Of a DNA stretch of 64,000 nucleotides, positions 26,201-38,057 are shown in pieces. This DNA is from Sminthopsis crassicaudata (lineage: Eukaryota), in NCBI RefSeq assembly GCF_048593235.1, contig NC_133619.1:651288558-651352557 (forward strand). Direction: 5' to 3'. Made by a program: the position numbers and the translations under genes. Positions within the stretch are counted from its first letter, which is position 1; every line of letters starts with the position of its first letter. Below the pieces are notes generated by a model. That model was given only the letters and a program-made list of their open reading frames with translations, had not been told where the DNA came from and ran no database searches.

Positions 26201-29200
26201 AGCTCACCACCCAACCCACCACCCAGCTCACTGCCCAGCCCACCGCCCAGCCCACCGCCCAGCTCACTGCCCAGCCCACCGCCCAGCCCACCGCCCAGCT
26301 CACCACCCAACCCACCACCCAGCCCACCGCCCAGCCCAACGCCCAGCCCAATGCCCAGCTCACCGCCCAGCTCACCACCCAACCCACCACCCAGCTCACT
26401 GCCCAGCCCACCGCCCAGCCCAACGCCCAGCTCACCGCCCAGCTCACTGCTCACCGCCCAGCCCACCGCCCAGCCCACCGCCCGGCTCACCACCCAGCTC
26501 ACTACCCAGCCCAATGCCTGGCCCACTGCCCTTAACTCAAGATGTTCCACGTTTTCTGTCCCTCTCTACACTTTATCTTAGTGATTTTAACGACCATGTC
26601 TCTCAGAACTCCTTGATCTGTATATTGAGGCTCAGTCTCTTTCCCAAACACCAGCTCCACATCACCAACATGTGGGCCTGGACAAGTCACCCTGCCTGCC
26701 TCAGTTTCCTCATCTATAAAATAATGATGATGGACTGGGTGCTCTCTATGGTCCCTTCTACCATTCTAAGAGTTATTCTTTTAGATCTCTCCTGTGTGTC
26801 TCCTCCACACTTCTCCCACGGTCTCCTCCTTGATTAGCTGCTTCCTCTACAGCTGATCCAGTTCCAACATTTGCTGATCACTTCTAGGATCGTTAGTCGA
26901 TCAACTACCATTTATCAATGAGTTACTAAGCTCCAAGACTAACTGCTGGAGGACCCTTCGAGCCCCACTATCCAAGACACCCCAGTGGCCCGGCCAAACC
27001 GGCCTTCCTACAGGTCCTAGCCGCGATCGTGGCTCTCCCACTGCTCTGCCTTGGCTCAAGCTCCCTTCTCCCCCTGCATCTTAGAACAGGGGCAGTCCCT
27101 CGGGAGCTCAGCTGAGATGTGTGTAGGGGGTAAATCCTTGCCCAGATAGTAAACTTCCAGGTCCGTGTACCCCTGGTTGTACAGATGGTTATAGTGCATC
27201 TACTCATATTCACTCACTCCTGGGCACATATGTGCTTATTTGTGAATCACAGGCATATTAGACGTATTTGTATGTGGATCTGATTCTACTTTCATATATG
27301 TGTTCATATGGATGTCTATTTACAGGGTTACTCTATTATTTATAGGCGTATCTAATTTTGTGAATATTATATACACTTACATGCACATATGTAATTATGT
27401 GTACACCGCATATATGCTAACTGACATGCATATTGCTCCTTTGTAGCTCTGATTATTCGTACACATACTTGTACTATATTACAGGTGCTTATATGGATAT
27501 ACCATATACACTCATATGCACATGTGTGTGTATTTGTACATCCCATGTACTTTATATGGATATAGCAGACCTACTTTATATACACTCATGTACGGATCCA
27601 ATTATTATGTATATATTATTTCTACTAAAATGAATAGAGTATGTACTCAGGAGTAGCTCTAATGATATGTACACGTACATATATATACTTACACATAGAT
27701 TATATTATTTATGTTTATATCTACTTATATGTAGATTATATACATTTATATGCACATGTGTGTGTATTTGTACATCCCATGTACTTTATATGGATATAGC
27801 AGATCTATTTTACATACACTCATGTACGGATCCAATTATTATGTATATATTATTTCTACTAAAATGAATAGAGTATGTACTCAGGAGTAGCTCTAATGAT
27901 ATGTACACGTACATATATATACTTACACATAGATTATATTATTTATGTTTATATCTACTTATATGTAGATTATATACATTTGTATGCCACCTGTGTATGT
28001 ATTTGTACCTGACATGTACTTTTTATGGATAGAACATATCTACTTTACATACACTCATGTATGGATCCAATTTTTATGTATATATTGTGCCTACTAAAAT
28101 GACTAGTGTATGACCATTAGTAGCTCTAATGATATGTCCATGTACATATATATGTATATTCTAATGATATGTCCATGTACACACATATGTGTATTTACAT
28201 GTATATTATATTACTTACATTTATATCTACTTACATGTAGATTATATACATTTATATGCACATGTGTGTGTATTTGTACATCCCATGTACTCTATATGGA
28301 TATAGCAGATCTACTTTATATACACTCATGTACGGATCCAATTATTATGTATATATTATTTCTACTAAAATGAATAATTATTTCTACTAAAATGAATAGT
28401 GTATGTACTCCACTCATGAGTAGCTCTATTGACTTGTACACGCACTGATATGGATACTTGATGGAGCCTTTTCAGGGGGTTTTGGTCTCCCACATCCGGG
28501 ACAGTGACCGGGTCTCTCCGAGCTGTCCTAATGCTGATCCCCGGGAGCCTTCCCCCCCCCTCCCCCAGCCCCCTCCACAGTCCTGCCTTCCGTCCTCCCT
28601 GGGCCTCAGGTTCCCTCCCTGCCCCCGCCCTCTGCTCCCAGTGGGAAAGGCCTCAGGGCCATTGCCCCTGGCCTGAGGGGTCTGAAGGCCCATCCCAGGC
28701 AGAAGAGGTCACTCCCGTTCTTCTCAACCCTCGGGGCAGAACAAGAAAGGCTGGAAGGGAAACTTGAGGAGGGGGCGGCCGACTAGGGAAGGGAAGTGTG
28801 TGATGTAAGCTGGAGTCCGAGCGGCCGAGCCTCATCTCTCCCTGCTGGCCCGCCAGTGGCTGGGAGACTCCCCTCTAAAAGGGAGGCCGGCCTCCGGGAC
28901 TTCCGGGTCCATCCCAGCTCCGGAGAAGCCTGGGGGCCCTTTAGGCTGAAGGGCTTTCCCAGGGCGGGAGAGCTTGGAGCCCAGAGCCTCAGAACGGGGG
29001 TGGGCCAGGGGCGGTTCCGGGCGTCTCTAAGACCCCGAGTCGCGAGGTGAGGGCCGCCGAGGTCACCCCCCAGTCCCGGCTCACCTTTGATCTGCTCGCT
29101 GCTCCCCGGTGGGGGGCCCAAGTCCAGGAAGAGCCGAGGCATCTCGGGGCCCTTCTTCCCCAGATGGGGGGGCTCCCCGTCTCCGCCGGTTCCCGCGGCG

Positions 29201-32200
29201 CCGTCTGCCAGGGCGCCTGGGTCCCCGGCGTCTCCCGCGGGTGCCGGGACCTCCCGGGCCAGGGGAAGAGCCGGCTCCGGCCTCCGCAGCTCCGGCCTCG
29301 TCTCGCCGGGGGGCGCGGCTCCTGCGTCCCCGCCGCCTCCGGGTCCTGCGTCGGGGGCCTTCCCTTGGCCCCCCAAAGCTTGGAGCCCATTCTCGGGGCC
29401 CGGCCTCCCAGGCTCTGGCGGGGCTCTCCTCCCGGTCCCTCGAGGCTCCCCGCCACTCCTGGGGACTGGCTCGTCGCTCCCCGGGCTCGTGGCCAGGCTC
29501 CCCAGACTGGGGGTGTTCTCCCTGCTCCCTGGGGCTTGCTGCTCCCCATTCTGCAGACATCTCTCCCCATTCCCGAGGACTCTCTCCTCCTGGCTCCCGG
29601 GGGCTGGATCCCCACCCTCGGGGGTTTTCTTCCCATTCCCTGGGGGTCTCTGCGCCCCACTCTCTGACACTCTCTCCCTGCGCCCTGGGGACCTCTGGTC
29701 CCCACTCTCTGGCACTCTCTCCGAGCTCCCCGGGGGCGTCTGCGCCCCGTTCTGCACTGCCTTCGCTCTGCTTCCCGGGGGCGTCTGCGCCCCGTTCTCC
29801 GCTGCCGTCGCTCTGCTTCCCGGGGGCGTCTGCGCCCCGTTCTCCAAGAGCTTCTCCTGGCTGCCTGGGGGCCTCTGCGCCCCGTTCTGCGGCGCTACTC
29901 TCTCCCTGCTCAGCGGGCACGGGGGCTCCCCGTTCTCCGCCACGTTCTCCCCGTTCCCCGGGGCTGCCCTGGCGGGCGGGCCCGGGACTTGCTCCCGGTT
30001 TCCTGGGACTGGCTGGCCTACAGTCTGGGGGCCCTGCGGGGTCCTCCCCGCTTGGGCCGGGGCTGCCCTCTCTCCCAGCACGTTGCGGGTCACGTCTTCC
30101 CTCAAGGACAGCAGGAGCTGCTCCGTGCTCACCTGCACCAGGAAGCCCGGGAGAGGGCCCGGGTCGGGGGGTGGCCTGGGGGCTCCCGGGTCGGGCGGTT
30201 CGGGGGGAGCCCGTGGCCGAGGGACCCCCTCCTCCTCGGCCGCCCCCCCACCTGGGAACGCCCCCTCGGGGGAGAAGGGGGTCTCCGTCTCGTAGCCGCT
30301 GTCCCCCGGCTTGGGGCCCGGAGACGAGAGACCGGATCCGGGGCTGCCAAGTCCCGAGGGGGCATCGGGTGATTCGGCTGGGTCTGGGAGAGCCCGGGCG
30401 GGANNNNNNNNNNNNNNNNNNNNNNNNNNNNNNNNNNNNNNNNNNNNNNNNNNNNNNNNNNNNNNNNNNNNNNNNNNNNNNNNNNNNNNNNNNNNNNNNN
30501 NNNNNNNNNNNNNNNNNNNNNNNNNNNNNNNNNNNNNNNNNCAAGGGGAGGTCAGTTACCGACCCCCGCTCAGCCCTGAGCGAGGAGTCGTCCTCCGGGG
30601 GGTTGGGGCAGCCCAGGGCCGGGTGGCCGCCCCAGCCCGACACCATCTCCCCGCGCTGGAGAGGGAGGCAGGAGCAGGGCCCCTGGTGGCTGCAGAGCGG
30701 GCAGGGGAGGGGGCCTCGGCGGCTGCGGCGCCCCCCCGCTGCTGCTCCCCTCCCCCAGCGAGCTCTCTTCCCCCTCCTCCTCCTCCTCCTCCTCCTCCTC
30801 CTCGCCCCAGGGCGCCGCGCCTCGCTCCCCCAGCACCTCGGCGGGGTCCCCGGCCAGGGTCTCCCCCGCGCCCCGGCCCTCGGGGTCCCACCCGCTGAGC
30901 AGGAAGCTCCCCGACGCCTTTGGGGGGAAGGAGCGGGGCGGGGGGAACAGCGGCGACGCCCAGGTCTCCGCCACGAGCTGCGGGACGTCGGCGGGGGCCG
31001 GGGCGCTCTGCGGGGCCGCGCCCGGGTCCAAGGGGTCCCAGTCATTGGGGAAGAGGGGCTCCGGGGGCGAGCCGTGATCCTCCAGGCGGATGTAGTACTC
31101 GCTGCCCACCGAGGGGCTGCGGGCGCTAATGACCGGGAGGACGCTGGGGGTCGCCAGAGCCTCGTAGAAGGGGTTCGAGGGCACGGCCTGGGGGGCGGGG
31201 GGAGCGGAGGCCGGCTGCCAGGGGGCCGAGCTGCCGCCCCCGCCCCGGCCGGCCCCCCGCCGCGCCTTTTCCCACAGGCACTCGAGGTTGAGGCCGCGGC
31301 TGCTCTCGGTGACCGTGAGGACGTCGTCGGGATCGGAGCCCGGAAAGCCGTCGAGGAGGGGGAAGGGGGAGGAGAGGGGCGCTGGGCCTGGGCGGGGCGG
31401 GGGGGGGCCGGCCAGGGCCAGGGGAAGGGCGCGTCCCGGGGCGGGGGGGGGCGGCGGGGGGGGCGGAGGGCGGGGGGGGCCGCTCCGAGAGAAGGTAGGT
31501 TAGCTGCAGCTGCAAGTCAGAGGCCGAGGGCCGCTGGCCGGGGGGGCGCCAGCAAGACTGGAGGACATCATACCTGGGAGGGGGCCGGAAGCAGAGCCAG
31601 AGAAAGAAACCGGGGAAACCCAGGCAGAGCCAGAGAGATGAGCGGGTCAGAGAGGGAAACCGAGGCACAGTCACAGAGATGAGCGGGTCAGAGAGGGAAA
31701 CCGAGGCAGAGCCAGAGAGATGAGCGGGTCAGAGAGGAGACAGGGAAACCGAGGCAGAGCCGGAGAGGCTCTGGGTCAAGGAAGGGGAACTGGGGAGACT
31801 GAGGCAGAGCCAGAGATGAGCGGGTCAGAGTGGGGACTCCGGGAAACTGGGGCGGAGCCAGAGGGGCTCGAGGCCAGAGAGGGGCCCGAGAATCCCGAGA
31901 GAGGGAGGGCCGACAGGAGGAAGGGAGGGGTCGACAGAGGAGGAGTGTCTCCTCGGATCAGAGAGCCCCGGCCGGGCGCCCCGCCCCCGTCTCCCCATCC
32001 GTGACAGGCAGGGCTGGGCCCCCGGGCTCACCCCCCACTCACCAGTAGTCCCCGTAGGGCAGCTTCAGCCTGGGCCGAGCCAGCTTGACGTGCTGCTGGC
32101 GGATCACGAAAGCCAGCACCTCCTCATCGGAGAGGTGGCGGTAGGGCTGCGCCCCGAATTCGAACAGCTCCCACAGCGTCACCCCCAGAGACCTGGGGGG

Positions 32201-35200
32201 CCGGAGGCCGAGGTCAGCGGGCCCCCAGCGGCCTCCGGTGCCCTCTCCCGGCCTGCCCGCGGACCCCGCTCACCAGACGTTGCTCTCCTTGCTCTGGTCC
32301 ACCACCATGAAGGTCCCATGGATCTCCCCCAGAAGCTCGGGGGCGGCCCATCTCAAAGGGATCCACAAGCGTTCGGGGGTCAGGTAATAATCTTCCTGGA
32401 GAGGGAAGAGGAGGGGGAGTTCCTACGCGGCAAGGGAGAACACCAAGTCCGTCTCCCATTTCCCAGAGCAGCAAGCTGAGTCCCGAGGTAGCGAGCCGAG
32501 TCCCGGGGCAACAAGTCGGGTCCCGGGACAGCGAGCCGGGTCAAAGAGCCCAGTCCCTGCCCAGGGTCGCAGGAATAGTAGCAGCCAGTGTGTCAGTCAA
32601 CCAGCCTCTTACTATATACCAAGCACGGTGCAAAGAAACAAGACCCTGAAGCGGGGACCCGATGGGCTCCCCCAACCCTCCTGCCCACACACCTTGTAAT
32701 TGCTGTGAGAAAGACCGTAGTCCCCAATTCGCACCGTGAGGTCAGAAGTCACAAGGCAGTTCCTCAGAGCCAGGTCACTGCGAAGGGGGAAGGGAAAAAA
32801 GAACGAGATCGCCTCTGCCCCATTCTTCTTCCCATCCCCCCCTTGCCGCGCCCCCCACCCATCTTTGAGAGCTCCGCTCCGCAAGATTCCAGGTCAGCGG
32901 AGGCACCAGATAAAGGGCCCAGCCCGAGGTCACACAGAAAGCGACCCGCCTCGGATCCCCTCCCTGCTCTCCCCTTCTCCCCCCCCCATTCCCGCTCCCC
33001 CACCTGTGCACATAGTTGTGGGCGTGCAGGTGGGCCAGGCCTCGGGCGATCTCCAGGCCCATTCGCTGCAGGGTGCGCAGGTCTCTGGGAGGCAGCTCGG
33101 GGGACAGGCCCTCGGGGGGCCTCTGGGCCCTCAGGTAGCGCTTCAGATCTCCCTGGGGAATAGGCAGGGCTCCCAGAGCCATCCAATCAGGGCTGGACGC
33201 CTGCATCCCGGGCGCGAGCGCCCCGCCCCACCTCCCCAGGCAGCCAATCACACTCTACCCGCTCCTTTCTTTTGAAGGGGGGGGGCATTCTCCCGCCCCT
33301 TGGGACCCCCGGCGCTCTCCATCCCAAGAAGGGGCTGCCCTCGCTCGCCAGCCCAGGGACCCCCCCTGTTTTAAGCACGGCCCGGAGGGGCACAGAGGGC
33401 ACCCACCAGCTGGCAGAACTCCATGATGAGAAGGAAGGGCAGGGTCTCGGCACAGAGCCCCAGGCACTGCAGAACGTTGGGGTGATGCAGGCTCCTGCGG
33501 GGCAGACCGCGGGTCAGGGGCCCTCTGCAGCCACTCCCACAAGCCCGGCCCCGTGGGCAGGAGAGGCGGTACCCTCCCAGACCTCCGCGGCTCCGGGCCG
33601 GTCCTGGCTCCCATCCCAAGACCCAAATGTCCCGCCTCTGACCACGGCCGGCCCGGCTCTGTCGCCCCCTCCTGGGGAGAGTAAGCCCTGGCTCCCGGGG
33701 CCCTCACTCCAAGGAGCCCCGAGTGTGGCCCCTCTGCCTGCTTACCTGTAAGGCTGAGCCTCAGAAAGAAATTTCCTCTGCTCCAGGGGGCCAGCGCTGA
33801 CCCTCAGCTCCTTCACCACCACCTGGGCCGGGCTGAAATCTGAGAAGATCTCCCCTAGAATGACCTGGGTGGGAGGGGGGCAGCCATCACCCTGGGTTCC
33901 CTTTCCCCTCCCCCCCACCGCCATCATTAAACCCCTCTCTTTCAAGGGGCCCACGTTCCATGCCCATCCCCACGGTGGGCACGTAATGGGCCTTCGAGAT
34001 TTGGACTGGCTCGATGGGCCCCCCACTTCCCACCTCCCAGCCAGACACTCACGAGCAGAGAGGCAGATGGACGGAGGGACTGATGGAGAGATGGGTACAC
34101 GGACGTGTGGACAGCTGGGCGGCGAGACAGAGCAGCCGATGGAGGGATGAAGGGAGGCGCTGACGGAGGGATGAGGGCATGGAGGGGTGGGACGAGGGGA
34201 AGGAACGGGGAAGAACAGAAGGAAGCTGGGCCCTAGCTTGGAAGGTGGGGGGAGATAGCTGGGGGCCGTGGAGAAGGTCCCGGGTAAATCCCTTAACCTC
34301 TCTGGCCTCAGTTTCTCTTTTTTTTTTAACTCGAGGGGCTGGATTGGCCGGCTTTTTAACTCGAGGGGCTGGATTGGCCGGCTTTCTAGCGCTAAAGTCC
34401 TGGGGTCCTCTAGGTGGATAGAGATCGAGAAGCGAGAGTGGAAATCAGGGGTTGTGGAGAGACGGGACGGAGGGTGGAGGGAGGTGGAGGAGCGTGGCAG
34501 AACAGAGATGGTAAGGAGTGGGAGGCGGGATGACAAGAGGCGGGATGGTGGGGCCGCTGCTGGGCAGAGGAGGGTGAGCGGAGGGGGCTCGGAGGGCCCC
34601 CCACCCCAGCCCTCGCCGGCCCCACTCACTTTCCCAAACCAGCCGCTGCCGATCTCCTGCAGGTAGCTGAGGTGCTGCCGGCTCAGGCCCAGAGGGGTGC
34701 CCATGTCTAGGGGAAAGGCAGGGAATGAGGGGCTCTGGACACCCCAGGGCTTCACTGCTTACCTCCCATCACACGGGCACAAGGAACCTGCCTCGTCCCA
34801 GGACTCCTCTGCGGCCCCCTCCCCCACTGTGACCAGCCGTCCCTTCCGCCCCCTAGCCCCTTGCCCCGGCGGTTACCTGACCGGGCAGGCTGGGGGGCGG
34901 GCATCGGCAGGGAGACCTCGGCCAGTGGCAGGATGTAGACATCGGGCAGTGACTGGGAGGACGAAGTCTCCTCCGCGGGGGGTGTGTACTCTCCCGAGCA
35001 CTCCTCTCCCTCGGGGTTCTCAAACTCCTGGGTCCGAGCAGAGGGCAGAGGTGAGCGAGGAGGGCCCGTGACCCCGGGCTGGCCCCTGGGGTGCTCCCAC
35101 CCTCTTCCAGGAGGAGCGACCTTCGCAGGCTCCCCAGGTCCTCAGGGAAGGGACAAGGGCAAGGGCAGGGGGCCTCTCCACCCCCCTTCACCTTGAAGCC

Positions 35201-36413
35201 AACATCCCCCCGTTTGCAGCAGAGACAGGTGAGGAGGAGGAAGACAAAGGCCAAGAGTCCAGAGCAGGAGATGAGGACCACAGCGTAGGGGGGAGCCAAG
35301 GGACCCTGGCCTGGGAACAGTCCATCTGGGAGGGAGGGAGGAGAGGAGGAAGGAAAAGGTAAGACCCAGAGCTTTCTCCCCCATGAGGGGAGTGGGGAAG
35401 GGGGGTCCCTCTTCTCACTGGTGCTGCCCCCCCCCAGCTGCTGCCCAGATAAAACTACAACTCCCATGCTTCAGTGGGGCCAGTGGCCCTTCAGCAGAAC
35501 AGCCGGGGTATTGTGGGAGCTGGGGTCTGGGGTCTCATAGTTGGCAGGGTTGCAGAGATAGCTCCCCAACTGGATCACTGGGCCAGGGGGTCCTCCGGGC
35601 TCCCCCTCCCCCCGACACACCACCTCTCCTGCTGAATCTGGAGTGTACTGGGGGAGGGGAGTGGTGGGGGAGGGGTCAAGGCTAGCCCCCGGAACCTCTG
35701 ACCCTGTCCCCTTCATCTTGTGCTCGCTTTCCCACCCTCCCAGCTGATGCCTATCTGAGGACTACGATTCCCATGGTGCCATGGGGCCAGTAAGCATTCA
35801 ATAGAACCTATATAAGGCAGAAGGCATCATGGGAATTGTAGTTTAGGGCCTCCCCAGGTGGCTGGGTTGGGGGCAGCGCTGGGGGGGGGGGGGGGAAGGG
35901 GCATTCATCTTCATTCAGGTTCCCCATCCCGGGCCCCAGGTTCCATCCTTCCTAAGACCCTAGTCTAGCATCCATTTGTGTCGGGGCAGGGAAGGGGGGA
36001 CCGATGGGGAAAGGAAAGAGGGGAGCAGGGTAGGCCTATCTCCGTCCAAACTGAGACATCCCTTCCCCAGGTCCTGGCCCCGGCCCGTAAAGGCCTCTCG
36101 GCCCGAGGGCTGGGCTGGCCGCTTTCTGTGTTCTCGGAATTCTCTGGAAGGCCCCCACCTTGAGCCCTCCCAAAGGCTGGGGCCCCCACCCCACCCCCAC
36201 CCCTCAGGCTCTGCCCGCACACCCCAGGCCCCTGGCTCCGAGACAAACAAGTGAGGGAGAAGGAGCTGGGGATGAACGGTGGGGTGGAGACAAATAGATC
36301 AATGGGGAAGGGGCCGGGGTGGGGGGCGGCCGAGCGGACTCACCGGGGTGGGCCGGGGTGGCCAGGCAGGAAGCAGAGAGAGCCAGGAGAACGAGGGGGC
36401 TGGGGGAAGGCAT
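23226..36413 (-). CDS. LMTK3: Lemur tyrosine kinase 3 (15 coding exons; local frameshifts and one gap)
   Basis: Minus-strand exons: 36344-36413, 35192-35325, 34877-35027, 34630-34706, 33746-33864, 33407-33494, 33004-33152, 32693-32777, 32274-32395, 32043-32192, 29085-31573, 24407-24825, 23982-24111, 23724-23864, 23226-23242. Signal peptide [14 protein letters not shown] segment [19 protein letters not shown], kinase motifs [28 protein letters not shown]1-binding KMVSF, C-terminus GPVEN. Confidence 0.96.
25670..26525. repeat. 12-bp-based tandem repeat (gcccagcccacc / gcccagctcact / acccaacccacc) in an LMTK3 intron
   Basis: Directly visible, with recurring higher-order blocks; source of the TAQP and WAVG repetitive ORFs. 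Confidence 0.95.
27440..28430. repeat. AT-rich ~234-bp tandem repeat (~4 copies) in an LMTK3 intron
   Basis: gagtagctct at 27651 and 27885; near-identical ORFs at 27433 and 27667 (offset 234); further copies to ~28430. Confidence 0.92.
30404..30541. other. Assembly gap (138 N) inside the large LMTK3 exon
   Basis: N run flanked on both sides by LMTK3-homologous coding sequence. Confidence 0.97.
31615..31850. repeat. ~40-bp tandem repeat in an LMTK3 intron
   Basis: gagatgagcgggtcagagagggaaaccgaggcagagcca recurs about four times. Confidence 0.8.
35454..35842. promoter_or_regulatory. Cluster of ZNF143/THAP11-type motifs with a TATA-like box in LMTK3 intron 1
   Basis: ACTACAACTCCCA (35454), ACTACGATTCCCATGGTGC (35761-35779), inverted ACTACAATTCCCATGATGC (35824-35842); TATATAAG at 35809-35816. 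Confidence 0.65.
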
Positions 36414-37129
36414 CTTGTCTAAGATGGAAGGGAGGAGGAGGAGGAGGAGGTGGTGGCTGGGGAGGGAGGGGGGTCCCCGGAGCTCTGGGGAGGGAGGAAG
36501 GGGAGGGGGGGAGACGGGTCCCTCAGCCCCCAGCCATGGGGACTCAAGCGTCCCTGGCCTCCCCCTGGCCCAGGGGAGGGGGACAGGAGGGACCGGACTG
36601 GGGGAGGGAGGGCTCGATGGATGGGCCCAGGCCGCCACAGGCCCCCCCTCTCTGTAGGGACAGCCGGATGAGGGGGAGGGAGAAGACCTACGGAGGAGAG
36701 GAGCCAGGGAGCTGGGGGGAGAGAGGGTGGGATTGTGGGGGGGGTGGGGGGGCAGAAGGATGGGGGCCCCGCCCCCGACAGCAGCCCGGATTGGGGAAGC
36801 TGAAAGCCCGTCAGGAGGAGGGGAGGAGGCGGGAGGATGGAGGGAGGATGGAGGAGTTGTCATGACAACCAGCACGGGGTAGCATCAGCAACCAGGGCGG
36901 GGAGGGGACTGAGGAAGGAGGGGAAGAGAATGATAGATACAGAAGAGAGGGAGATGCAGATACAGAGGGAGATGCAGATACACACACCTCTCCAATACAC
37001 ATCCCTGCGCGCACAGCAGCCGCCCAGGAGCGTGCCCCGGGCCCCTGCACTTGGGCACACTCCCACAGGGCACACATCCGGAGCACAGACATGCCCAAGC
37101 ACACGCTGCAGACAATCTCCCTCCTTCCC

Positions 37130-37417
37130 TCCAGTCTCTTCCTCTTCTTCAACTTCTTTTCTTCCTCCTCCTCCTCCTCCTTCTTCCTCTTTTTCTTCTC
37201 CTCCCTCTCTTCCTTCTTCTTCTTTCTCTTTCTCCTCCTTTTTTTCTCCTCTTCTTCTTCTTCTTCTCCTCTTCCTCCTCCTTCTCAGTCTTCTTCCTCT
37301 CCTCCTCCTCCTCTTTTTTATCCTCGACCTCCTTCTCTCTCTCCCTTCCTCCTCTCTGTCTTCTTTTCCTTCCCTTCTTTTTCTTCTTCTATCTCTTTTC
37401 TCTTTCTTTCTCTTCCC

Positions 37418-37457
<40 letters not shown>

Positions 37458-37460
37458 TCA
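37130..37460. repeat. Polypyrimidine/polypurine tract ending in (TC)n(AC)n
   Basis: About 300 nt of almost pure C/T on the + strand. Confidence 0.92.
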
Positions 37461-37689
37461 GATATCAGACTCAGCACAAATCTGTTCCATATGTCCCCAC
37501 ATCCAGACCCAAACATATAAGTGCTCCCCTCCCATCACAGACCCACACGCATAAACATAACCCAGTAGAGAACATGTTTCCCACTCACACTGCACACATC
37601 ACAGACATGACTGTGTATGTTTCATCCACAGATGCAGACATGCCCTTAGCTCAGTGCTATGTCCTGGATCCTTTCCTCTTCTCCCTCTA

Positions 37690-38010
37690 TTTCCCTTAGG
37701 GATCTCACCAGTTCCCTAGGATTGAATAACTATCACTATGCTAATGATTCTCAAATCTCCCCATCCTGCTCTAGTGTCTCTGCTGACCTTCAACTGCCTT
37801 TCAGATAGCTGGAACTGAATATCCAGTAGACACTAAACTCAGCATGCCCCAAACAGAACTCATTCTCTTTCTCCTGAACCCTCCCCTACCTCCTACCTTT
37901 GCTATTACTACGGAGGACACCCTTGGGCTCCCAGGCAGAACTGTCCTCACTCTCACCCCCAGAATCAATATGGTGTTGGGGCCTGTCGATCTCGCCTTTA
38001 TAACATCTCT

Positions 38011-38057
<47 letters not shown>

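Noticed and set aside
25407-26837. TAQP / HRPA / extensin-like repetitive ORFs resembling ice-nucleation or antifreeze proteins
   Set aside because: All frames are open only because the 12-bp unit has no stop codon; intronic and antisense to LMTK3.
35807-35817. CArG box CCTATATAAGG
   Set aside because: Has seven A/T bases rather than six; treated as TATA-like.
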